A DNA stretch of 62,995 nt, filler included, from Choristocarpus tenellus KU-1152 (lineage: Eukaryota; Protista; Phaeophyceae), in assembly GCA_964200185.2 (NCBI GenBank). It is 10 parts of 10 records of this genome, joined end to end, with 100 filler letters (N's around TTAATTAATTAA, not from the genome) between each part and the next. Parts side by side here need not be neighbours in the genome. Positions count along the whole stretch, not along the records: positions 38,821 to 52,647 come from CAXNAD020001356.1; positions 52,748 to 55,899 come from CAXNAD020021932.1; positions 56,000 to 59,315 come from CAXNAD020020856.1; positions 59,416 to 62,995 come from CAXNAD020019132.1; 6 more parts are not named here. One strand, written 5' to 3'. The notes below the pieces were generated by a model, which worked only from the letters and a program-made list of their open reading frames with translations, was not told where the DNA came from and did not search any database. Positions 52,091-62,995 of the stretch are shown piece after piece. A program made the position numbers and the translations under genes. The first letter of the stretch is position 1; each line of letters opens with the position of its first letter.

Positions 52091-52229
52091 AGGTGGAAGT
52101 GATGATGCAAGGCACAAATGTTTGAGGCAGCATGTTTGTCATGGGTAATTGAACCCACTCGTGAGCACATGCTTGCACTGATCTTATGCCGCAAGCAAAG
52201 AATTTATGGCTTGCAGTCTTATCCAACCT
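52091..52229 (+). ncRNA. Intronic box C/D snoRNA-like RNA, copy 4 (box D degenerate, CTTA)
   Basis: Box C 52099-52105, terminal stem AGGTGGA/TCCAACCT, central hairpin retained. Confidence 0.6.
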
Positions 52230-52764
52230 TTTTTCACTCTCTCCCTACCCCCTTTTTAAACCTTACAAGCCCTACGATACAAGTAACCTAGTTGCTACTT
52301 TTCCAAAAGCTCTTTCTCCAGCAGCAGTCTGGTTCCCTAGTACCATGCCTTATCCATGCCATGTGCTTGAGTGTACCGCGCTGTGGATTTGATGTTTCCG
52401 CTTTTGCCGGTGTTCTTGAGGGAACCTTTTATGCACTTGTTGTTTGCTGTGCAATGTATTTGATTTCATCATAGCAGAGATTGAATGTGTATTTGGGTGT
52501 ATCTTGGGGGTTGTTCTGTACTGCTGTTGTTTTATAATTAGTTGTTGAACAGGCAATACATTAGTTTGGTGTGTTGGGTCAAAGTATCTGGGGGGGGGGG
52601 GGGGGGGGGGGGGGCCGTTTTTACCCTTTTTTTGATTTTTCCTTTTTNNNNNNNNNNNNNNNNNNNNNNNNNNNNNNNNNNNNNNNNNNNNTTAATTAAT
52701 TAANNNNNNNNNNNNNNNNNNNNNNNNNNNNNNNNNNNNNNNNNNNNATGTATATATTATTATT

Positions 52765-52804
52765 AAAGCTGAGGGCCCGGGTTCGAGCCCTGGCGTGAGC
52801 ACCA
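52765..52804 (+). pseudogene. tRNA 3'-half-like fragment with encoded CCA (SINE head or tRNA retrocopy)
   Basis: CCGGG-TTCGAGC-CCTGG T-arm with a B box, followed by CGTGAGC-ACCA. No D-arm or 5' acceptor strand. Confidence 0.55.
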
Positions 52805-53839
52805 CTGTGTGAGGCAGGGTCCAATCAGTCGTGGGGGGGGGGTGTCCAGAATCACCAGTTGTGTCATGGTTGGGTGCTTCCAGCAAACCCAAAGCTCCCT
52901 CGGTTATCAAATCTTAGGAAACGTTTAGATGGGGTCTCAGATCCGACGGTGATATCACATCTTTGTGAATGTTCAACAGTAAGTGGTCTGAGGGTCCTCA
53001 AACTTTCTGTGTTTGATATTGGTGGGAAAGTCACCAATGACAAAGAAATGTGCTTGCGATGCACTTGTGTGCACGTGCGGATGTGTATCTGGACTGAGAT
53101 CAGCTCTGAAAGGGACCTGTCCGTCAAAATGGTATGATTTGCTGTATTGTCCTACTGAATTGTACGCACTATATACCACTCATGAAGCGCTGAATGTACC
53201 CCTTTGTCATTGAGCTTGTTTGATATATATCTCAATGTTATGGCCCTTCTTTGGTGTGAACAGCTCCATGTTTGCCTTGCAGGATGAAAAAAACTCATCT
53301 GTCTTAGAGGGAGGTGTTGTTTGAGTATTTTTTTGCCCCTGTGACTGCCTAGTAGTAAAGAAGCTTTCTTGTGGCACATTTGGAGGCCGATTTCGCACCT
53401 AAATGAAAGAACGTTTGTTTCCAATTCTGAAGCCTCAGCCAGCCAGCTAAGAGGGGTCAGCTTCATTTCAGGCATGGGAAATGGGGTCCCAGGCAGAAGA
53501 TGTTAGAAACCCCTTCAGTGCTGGAAAGGGACCTAAAAAAGATCTCCAAGATAGATTGACTCGCAGTTGCAATTCACGTATATTCAATATATGTTGAATA
53601 TAAATATATTGAATCTATTTATTTGATCCCCCTCAGAGCAATATCTAGAAGTTGAAACTTTATTGGAGTTATTTTGTTTGTTCGCTCAGTGTTTGTTCGA
53701 TTTTGATTGATACTGTAATAGGCGATTGATATTGACCCCTTTCCCAAAAGCGCATCTGCTACCATTTGTAATCCTAAAGTCTTATCTGGTTATCGTTTGT
53801 CATGTTGCTGTTTCTTCTACTTCATTGTGCGCTTTGTTT

Positions 53840-54400
53840 TCAGAATAGGAAGTTTTCTGACTATTGTACCATTTCATTTTCATTTTATACTATTAGAATG
53901 CTTCCTATTTGATTTATATTAATACTTGAGACTGTATTATTGTTATTAATACTACCATTAAATAGTAAACACCATTTGTTAGTATTAATACTTCTTATTT
54001 GGTAATATCTTCATTCTCTTTATTGTTTGTACTATTAGTAGTAATACTAACTACCAATAATTTGTATTTATACTTCCTATTGTTTAATATGAATGGTTGC
54101 TATTTGTTTGTTGTAGTTACTATATATTAGTATTTATACTTGCGATTTGTTAGTACTTCAATAATTTTGTTTGTAGTCCAATGTATTAGCATTAATAGTA
54201 AATGCTAATAATTTTCTACTCATTTGTGTTAATACTTACTATTGTGATGTATAATGGTATCATCTATTAGTATTTATACTTGCTACTCATTAACTCTTAC
54301 TACTGTTATACATTGTATAAATTTGTACTTAATATTAGAAGTATTAATGCTTACTACTGTTATAAATAGTATTAATTAGTACCTGTTAATAGAAGCATTC
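53840..54400. repeat. AT-rich low-complexity tract
   Basis: Recurrent TAGTATTAATA / TATTTATACTT words and very low GC. Confidence 0.7.
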
Positions 54401-56210
54401 GTTTCCTGTCTGTTTTAACCGTCCGATAGTATGGGTTGGCAGGAGACAAACAGATGATTAACACACAAGGTGATCCACATTCTTGTATTTTCAAATGTAA
54501 AATTAAGAAAAGATAGGATCCAAGACCGTTTTTTGGTACTACTGCGTTAAAGACTATTGTCTCGATCAGCGTTACAAAACAGAATGGAGATCGGTTTAGT
54601 CGGTGTTACCGCATGATAAGAAAAAAGAGAATGGCGGTAAATATATATTATATGCTAGCTCCTCGCCCACTCATAGGGCTAAGGTAGGTTGGAGGCATAG
54701 CAGTGGTGTACACATAGTGTTGAAATTACAAGCTTTTAAGGGAGTGTTTGGAGTATAGATGGTATTCAAATAATAAAATGATTTTGGAGAGATATCTTCC
54801 GTTTACAACTCTTGTAGATATTTTCGGGGATCCTTGTGATATTGGTTTGGCCTTTTCCCTGACACATCTGCAAAACTTTAAGAGGGCTTTACAATAAAAA
54901 CATTTAATACTTTGTATTTATTTATTTATGGAAAGGGTTTTGCCGGTCGGGGTATTAGAAAAAAAGCATAGTATGACACTGCTATGTCAAGTGTCAATGT
55001 CTGTCCCAAGGGAACGGAAAATGATAATTTAAATGATAATTTGTTGGATTTGTTGGCGACCAGGCTGTGAAAATTCGTTCGTTTAATACAGTGGTCTCAA
55101 CGCAACAGGCCATTGGCTGCGTTGGTGATTTGGGTGGGAAGGTGAGGGAGTTGGTGATGAGGAAGAAATCGATGTTTGTGGAGGCTCTTCTTCCAAGGGG
55201 GGGTGGGAGATGAGATGGCTGACTGTTGTAGATGTTTAGATGGTTACAATTGTACTGGTAGTGATGGTGTTCCTAGGTGGTAGGGGCAGGGAAGTGATGA
55301 TTGTTGTGTTGTTTGATTGGTGCCCTTGGGCGCGGAGTGGTTGTTGGCTGGTGGTGGTGGTTAATGTTCATGTGGTTAATCAGTGCTGTATGGTGTGAAT
55401 CACTGCTGTAGTGTGTTTAATCTCTCTCTCTTTTGCTTGTTTGCTGAAGCAGGTGGTTAATGAACACATTGGTATCGATATGCTTAGGTATTGATATTGG
55501 CGGGTGTGCCCCCCCTATATAATTGTGTGCTAGAAAGAGTTGGAGCAACTGGGAGAGGCCGGGGGTGGGTGGGGGTTGTCTTGGGCTTTTCGATTTTTTT
55601 TAAAAATCAAAGGGGGGTTTTTCAAGTTTTTTTTTTAATGAGATTGAGATTTTTATAATATGGCGATCGCAAAGGGATTAGTTATTTGGTTCTGAGAACC
55701 GAATGTATTAATAGTGATAATAGTAATAAGAATTTGAGTTTCACTGCGCAGCTTATGGTGCAAAAAGAAAAATTATCCAGGTGGGAAGTGAGAAGGCGCT
55801 TGAGAAAAAACTAACCTGGTGGCACCCCCCCCCCCCCTTTGGTTATGTTTATGGTTCTTTTGATTGAAAGGAAAAAATTAAATTTTTTTGTCAGAGAAAN
55901 NNNNNNNNNNNNNNNNNNNNNNNNNNNNNNNNNNNNNNNNNNNTTAATTAATTAANNNNNNNNNNNNNNNNNNNNNNNNNNNNNNNNNNNNNNNNNNNNT
56001 ATTGTCCTATTTTGCACACTCCCCCATGAGAGTGCAGGCAATGAAAGAGTTGCTGGAACTCTCAAACCTAAAACATCTTATTGTGTACACTCCCATTCTG
56101 CGCACTTTCCATGGAAGTAAAAGACGTCAGATTGGTTGAATTTTCACACACATCACATTTATCTTGTCAGCGCAATAAAAGAACACTGATTGCTTGCACT
56201 CGACACCCGT

Positions 56211-56383
56211 TGTATCTGGGAGGGGGTGGCGGCTGTCCATTTGGGGTCAATTTTTTCATATCGTAATTTGGGGTGATTTGGTTGCCATACGTCGGATGGA
56301 TAATGCAAATGCACTTTTCCCGATTTTGGTCCAAATGGACACCCTCCTGTAGATCCCCCCCACCCCCCCAGATACTTTGGGTC
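56211..56383 (+). mobile_element. MITE family B2, near full-length
   Basis: GTATCTGGGAGGGGG...CCCCCCCAGATACTTTG inverted termini. Confidence 0.8.
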
Positions 56384-56581
56384 TCAAACATATATCATTC
56401 ATCTAGTCAACACAGTGTCTACGAAGTCTTGTACTTGCTTCTTTAGATGCACCAACACAGTGATGTACAATCGTGTCCCATGATGACCCCTCGCTTAGTT
56501 TATGGTCAAAAATTTGAACCAACCCCCTTTTGCTGTTTCTCTTGTTGGACGTAGCACTCACTCCCCCAGGCTTGAAGCCTA

Positions 56582-56830
56582 TCATACTTGAATGTCTTGT
56601 ACATCCTCTTGTTGAGTGAAGTCCTGTGCCACCAACCTGGCCTTGACTAAACGCACAATCTTTCCAGACCATATACTACATCCATCACATAAACGAACAA
56701 AGATCTCTTCACTAATGTCTGCTCGGATAAAAGCTTGCTTCACATCCCAATGCTTTAATTCCCAATCCTTGTCTGCAGCTAATGCTAAAACCATTTTCAA
56801 GACGCAGGGGACGGTGTTGGTAAGGCAATT
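56582..56830 (-). mobile_element. Ty1/copia reverse transcriptase relic (degenerate, rearranged)
   Basis: LKMVLALAADKDWELKHWDVKQAFIRADISEEIFVRL and KARLVAQDFTQ are copia RT motifs. No YVDD, LTRs or intact ORF. Confidence 0.85.
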
Positions 56831-57440
56831 GTGCATTTGCACATAACTAAGTCTCCTCGCTAGGCTCATCCTCAATCGACCTTATCTTCTTCACTACCTT
56901 GTCCATCAGCATAATATGAAGGGTGAGATTATACGAGTAGGCAAATAAAGAGAATTAACTTGGACCACACAATTGCTCTTTCTGTAATCCCTTTAGGAGC
57001 AAAATGATTCCTAAGTGCCTCAAACGCTTCAGACGGACAATCATGGCTGTCAGCTATTTTTGTGCAAGTTCACCTAAACACGTCATCAGAGCTGCCATAG
57101 GCATGCTGGCTTCTTGGGCTTCTCTCTTAGTCCATCTCGCTGCATCAAACTTAACACAGTTCACTCTTATGTGGTGCTTGGTCAAAGAACATCCTTCCGT
57201 CCACCCATAGAAGCACACGTGAAAAAGTTTCTCTCGAAAGTTGGAAACCTTCCCCATCATTCATCACTGTTGTATATTGCAAACTTTGCAGGAAGTGGGA
57301 TGAGTCGGTGTCGGCCCTCTCCTACAGTCCTCGTACCGTGTACGGTTCTGCTAACTGCCTCCTTGTCTTCATCCTCAGAGTCGGACTCAACTTTCTCTTC
57401 ACCATCTTCAACAGCTGTGATTGGTGTCGTTCCTTTGTAC

Positions 57441-59225
57441 TCAGGTGACTTGATGAGCCATGTTTCGAACTATATATCCTAAGTATCAGTTCCACATCGC
57501 TTGGATTAATCCAAAACCCATGTTTGACTGTCACTACCTCCCTAAATATACGACCTATCAGTGGAGATTTGATTCGCAACGTTTTCAACTGCACGTACTA
57601 AGTATTAATTGCACATCGCTTGGATGCATCCAAAACCGTTGCTTGACCGTTACTACCACCCTACATTCCTCACATAGCAGTGGTGACTTGAGGGGCAACT
57701 TTCGAACCATATATACCAAGTATCAGCTACCCATCGTTTGTATGTATCCATAACTGTTGTTTAACCGTTTCGACCGACCCCACTCACCATATACCAGTGG
57801 TGACTTTAGGAGCAACAGTTGAACTATATATCCCAAGTATAGGTTACACGCTGCTTGCATGGATGTAAAATTATTAACTATGTATCTGTTGCACATCGCT
57901 TAGATACATCCAAAACTGTTGTTCAACCGTTACTACGGCCCAACATTCACCACATACTAGTGATGACTTGAGGGTCAAATTTTTAAATCTATATACTGTT
58001 GTGTTAAGCATCAGTTACAGGTCGACCTATCAGTTACTCCAGTCCTCCATTCACCACATACCAATAATGACTTGATGGACAACGTTTACAACTATATATC
58101 CTAAGTATCGGTTACACATCGCTTGATTGTGTCGAAAACTGAGGTTTGATCGTTACTACCGCCCAAACCTCACCACATACCAATAGTGACTTGTCGGGCA
58201 TCATTTTGAACTCATACATAAGATATAAGTTACACATCGCTTGGACCTTTTAAAAAATGTTGTTTGATCGTTACTACCGACCTGGATCCCGCACATGCCA
58301 ATGGTGACTTAAGGGGAAACATTTTGGACTGTATATCCATCCAAGCGATGCGTAACCTATACTTCAGATGTATAGTTTTAAAAATTGTACTCAGGTCACA
58401 ACTGTTATGTGGTCGGTGTAGGGCGATAGTAATGTCACACACCAGTTTTATATCCATCCAAGCGATATGTAAAAGATATTTGGAATATTTCAATCAAAAC
58501 GTCGCCCGTCAAATCTTCACCGCTATGTTGTGAATGTAGGGCGAAAGAAACGGTCAAACAACAGTTTTGGATACACCCAAGCAATGTGTCCCTGATGCTT
58601 TTAAGATATCTAGTTCAAAGTGTTGCCCTTCAAGTAACCAGTGGTATACGGTGAGTGTAGGACGGTAGTAACAACCAAACAAAAGTATTGGATGCATCTC
58701 AACGATGTGTATCTGATACTTAGGATATAAAGTTCAAAAGGTTGGCCATCAAGTCACTACTGGTATGTGACAAGCGTTGGGTGCTAGTAACAGTCAAACA
58801 ACAGTTCTGATGTATCCCAGCGATATGTATCCTATACTTAGGAAATATTGTTCAGAACGTTGCTTTCCAAGTCGCCTCCGGTAAGTGGTGAGTGTCTTGC
58901 TGGAATAATTGTCAGGCAGCAGCTTTGGATACATCCAAGCGATGTGCAACGGATACTTAATGTGTCTTGTTCAAAATGTTCCCCTCTCAAATCACCACTG
59001 GTATTTGGTGAGTGCATGGCGTCAGTAATTGTCAAACAACAGTCTGGGATACATCCAAGCGACGTGTAACTGAACTTAGATTATAGATTTAAAGTGTTGA
59101 CTCTCAAGTCTCCACCATATTTATGTTGGCGAAGAGTCGTAGAAAGAGGTAAACAGCAGTTTGCGATGTGTAACTAACTGATAGTTAGGACATATAGATC
59201 AAAATATTGCCCCGCAAGTCTCCAC
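57441..59225. repeat. ~120-bp tandem repeat arranged as two head-to-head inverted arrays
   Basis: About 8 forward units (GGTGACTTG...AAGTATCAGTTACACATCGCTTGGAT...) up to ~58335, then about 8 reverse-complement units (ATCCAAGCGATGTG...ATACTT...CAAGTCAC). Confidence 0.9.
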
Positions 59226-60169
59226 ATTTTGCGAAGGGGAATCGTGTGAGGCTCATAACCTGTTGAAACCTGAATCAAATGCATCGTACATGTAGGTAAA
59301 ATGCGTAGACTATTANNNNNNNNNNNNNNNNNNNNNNNNNNNNNNNNNNNNNNNNNNNNTTAATTAATTAANNNNNNNNNNNNNNNNNNNNNNNNNNNNN
59401 NNNNNNNNNNNNNNNAATTTAAATTATATTTTCTTTTTTTACCCCCCAAAGGACACCCCGGTGGAACCCCCCCCCCCCCCCCCCCCAGATACTTTAGGTC
59501 TGAGCAACTACAGTTCACTGAATATCCACGAGAGGCAGGGGGAGCAATAAGAGGAAGAGACACTTAGCATAGAGAAATACGTATTAAGTGGAAGCACAGT
59601 TGTCAAAGTAGGACATCAGCCCAAGCAAGTATAGTAGCAAGAAAATTCCATGAGGACCGTGATTGCTTGCAGACTTCGTTGAAGGTGCTTTCTTGCATAG
59701 GACATGAGTTGTCATGCATGGAGCTCTAGAAGTAGAATGGCAAAGTTAAAATACTATATGACCATCCAACATCTCATGACATTCTTGGGTTGGGAACTGC
59801 ATAACAATAGTTGGGTTTCTCGCTTGAGCTCTACAGCACTTTATCTCTATCTTCAGCTCAATATCTATATTTTTGTTTTTATTTTCATTGAAGAATAAGT
59901 TTCTTCGTAGATATTGAGCTGAAGACTGAAGGTGTCAACCTACAGGAACCCTACCAACATCGTCTAATGAGCAGGACCGCCTGCACACTTCTCTGTTCTA
60001 TCAAGCCTTCCCAAGCATTCATCGTCCCACTTTCACCACGCCATGACCTATAAAAGCTCTGAAAAAATTATTTAACAGAGTGTGATCATAATTCACTCTA
60101 CTGTACACATTTGATCCCTTCAGCAACTCTATTTACACCAGTGATGATCCGTAACTTTATTTACAACAG

Positions 60170-62995
60170 ATTGCGCATCCTGTGTGAATGCGGTTTGCAA
60201 TCTGATGACACTGCAAATGCTGTAGACTTCCATGATAAGAAGATACATGAGGGAAGTCGACCCCACAACAGTGGGTACAAAGCAAACCACCAGGGGGAAC
60301 GGAATTACAGTCGTGAAAGGAGCAAGGGAGGGACACCGTGGACCAGGACTTCAGCAGCAAGACGGAAGGGTTGCCGGTTACTACTTGCGGTGGACGATGA
60401 GGACAAGGAACAGATTGCAGAAGTGTGGGAACAGAATGCTGTCTTCTTGCAGAGAGTAAGTAAAAAGTGCAAGGAGTTAGAATTTTAGGGTTTTGCACTC
60501 GAGGTGCACTTGCGACTCTGTTGTACTCTAATCCTTTTCTGTACACCTAGATATTCAGTTCATTTGGATTGTAGATGAGTTGCACACTTTACTGCATATG
60601 ATGAGGGATGATGAGATCAGCTGCAATGAAATTCACTAGTACAAGTGGCAATGGGCATGCATGTCCTGGGTGTACTTGCAACGTTGTTTGGATATGCAGG
60701 GGGGTTCATGAAATGCTTTCGAGATTTGCATTTTATGCTGAGCAGATCTTGTGCTCAAAGAGTATCTCGCCAAAGAGTCCCCAACCAGTGTAGCAACCAT
60801 GGAAAAGACATGCTTGCCATCAAATAGAAAACCCGAGAACCCCAACATCTTGCACAGCACACCCTACACAAGACCCCAACCAGCTTTTCCAGAAGATCGT
60901 TTGACTGTTCCTTCCATCATGTTGCTTCTGTCTCTGGTGGTGTCAACTCATCTTTCTTCAACATGCGGTACCTGGGTATTAAGGTGATCAGGGGCTGGAT
61001 TGGACGCTGTGCAGCTAAGGAAAGGAGAGAAGGGCGAGTACGGGATGTACAAGCTGCAATAGAGGCAGCATGGTACACAGGAATATTGGGCCCAATGGAG
61101 AGAAGCATTGCACGGTTTGTAAAGGCAAGTAAAAACATATTTTTGGGGGACTAAGAGTAGGCACGGATTTGGGTATTTTATGGGAAATGGAGGGATGTAG
61201 TGTGACAGCACGGATGTGATGGGATGATGATACTGGTAGCACACTGATGGTTTTGGCCTCTCTGTACTTGAACGGTTGTAAGAGAAAAACTTTCACTAAT
61301 CTTATCTGTTCAGAGTGAAGATATCTTACTGTTTTTTGTGTTGAATGGAGGCAGACTAGTGTTGCTGTGGACCTCGTTACTACACAGGTAACAGATCAAG
61401 CTTGAATAATAAGCCATCCTGGAGCAGTACTGGTACAAGGGTTGATCTACGACCCTTCGCACCCCTGCACCCAACAATCCAAACTTTGATTTTCACTTTC
61501 ATGCCTTTCCCACCAACTTTTGGTACCATCAGGACAAGGAGAGGGAGCGCGACCGAGCGGGAATGGAAGCTGCAGATCAGGAGTCGAAATTCTACCGATA
61601 CTACTGCAAGCTCCAGGTCTGTATCTTAGCTATTGCACACCAGAAGGAGTCAATACGGCAGTTCTCGACAATGTGAGCACTTACTACGAAACGATTTAGT
61701 AGATTCGCTTCGCTCAAGTCATCGACAGCTCATGATGGTAGAAGACGATCCGTGTGTCTAATAGGATGATATGGGTCACTGATTGATACCAACTGTGCTG
61801 CTGGCAATACAAGATAGAAAGTTTATAGGTCGTTTCTCATACCATTGCAGGTTTGCTAAGTCATTCCAGGACATGTCATATCTTGCTGCCGTATACACTT
61901 CGTTTATGTGGCAATTGAGTTCATGGGAGATTATAGTAACTGTTTGGATCTTGCTAGAGCTACCTGTCTCTTAACATATTGGTTGAACACAAATGTGCTC
62001 CTGGTTGAGTGGAAGTATCTTAGAGGGTAGGAGTTCTGCCTTATTTGTCTGTTTGCGACTTGGCTTCCCACAGGTTTTTCATGACACTTTACCTACTCTA
62101 AATTGTTTCAAAGTAGGTAAAATGTAAACCTTATGCAAAGGTGTGTCCGGAACAAGGATATTGAAACTTAATAACAAACACAATAGCCAAAAAATTAAAT
62201 CAAAATTGCAACTCTGGATTTGGCCCCAAACTGACAAGGTTCTACCCAGTAGGATACATTTACTCATTGGGGTCTCATATTGCTCAGAGCTTCAACCTGT
62301 AACACAGTGACATAGTGTAAGAGTCTGGCTATGGACAAACTGACTATTTTTGCAATGCCGTATCATATATTTCATGGTGGTCGTAGGGAAGGTGTTGCAG
62401 GGGAAGGGAGGGTAGGCATAGTACAGATGATGCAGGTGTCAATCCTCCCTGGTCAAGGTAAAAATATTATCTGAGTTGAAGAGTAAGACCTGGGCAGAAG
62501 ACAAAGAGCTCCGCACAGAAGAGTTTTGTTTCCAACATTATCTAGTAATAGTTCTACAATATAGATACAGCTCAAGGTGTCCTACACAGCACTTATTGGG
62601 ACTGTTATTGCACCAACTGTCATGTTCTCATCCCCACCCCAAACGTTTTACTGTTGTATGCACCAATACACGCCTCACCTCCCATATGACTCTCATCCTT
62701 ATGTCCTTGTGATCCCTTAACACATCGGCATTGACCAAAGGGGGGGAGTGACTCTGCGGACAAGTGCCTCCATAATTAATCCACCTTGCTCTCAGAGTCG
62801 TTTACCACCTAAGACCATTACACTCTGGAGCCGTAGGGCTGTTAGGCAGCTTCAGAGGCAGCTTCCCCCCACTAAAAGGCTCAAGGACGATGCCCTCATT
62901 TTCCTCACCAAAGGGCTCCCTGCTGGAGGCAGGGGCGGTGGTGGAGGTAGTAGCGGTGAATCAGGTGGTGGAGGTGTTGGTCAGGGGCTAGGGGG
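60170..62995 (+). CDS. IQ calmodulin-binding-motif protein, internal exons, truncated at the window edge
   Basis: Phase-consistent exons 60170-60455, 60984-61124 (GC donor), 61533-61616, 62387-62457 and 62741->62995. The first junction creates NAVFLQR|VIRGWIGR, an IQxxxRGxxxR motif. Confidence 0.62.
62007..62265 (+). mobile_element. MITE family A, diverged intronic copy
   Basis: GAGTGGAAGTATCTTAGAGGG...ATACATTTACTC, 259 bp, GTT/ATT flanks. Confidence 0.82.

Noticed and set aside
50620-52229. Canonical U14 or U3 snoRNA, or functional tRNA genes on the minus strand
   Set aside because: U14 domain A/B antisense elements and the U3 box A region are absent. The minus strand lacks a closing acceptor stem and a canonical cloverleaf.

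Overview
Eukaryotic, intron-rich DNA, most consistent with a stramenopile, probably a brown alga (GT-AG introns of about 0.2-1.7 kb, interstitial TTAGGG, FNIP-repeat gene). The window is not one continuous molecule: ten contigs are joined by nine artificial 100-bp N44-TTAATTAATTAA-N44 linkers. Most short ORFs in the supplied track are spurious, so I rebuilt the genes by phase-matched splicing. They are: the first 11 coding exons of an Hsp110/HSPA4-type chaperone; the last two exons of an EMAP-II/Arc1p-type tRNA-binding domain; an apparently intronless FNIP-repeat protein; a coiled-coil protein resembling the ERICH3 N-terminus; an E2 (UBE2U-like) domain lacking its catalytic Cys; an IQ-motif protein; a short CaaX-ending ORF; and a large minus-strand gene running off the left edge. 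Repeats include several MITE families sharing one 14-bp terminus (one copy nested in another), a copia RT relic and a ~1.8-kb head-to-head array of a ~120-bp unit. The most striking unannotated feature is a cluster of four ~138-nt box C/D RNAs in one Hsp110 intron. Their stems co-vary between copies, and they carry an invariant TTGAACCCAC motif resembling (from memory) U22 and the U14 Y-domain. Family assignments are from motif recall; no database was searched.
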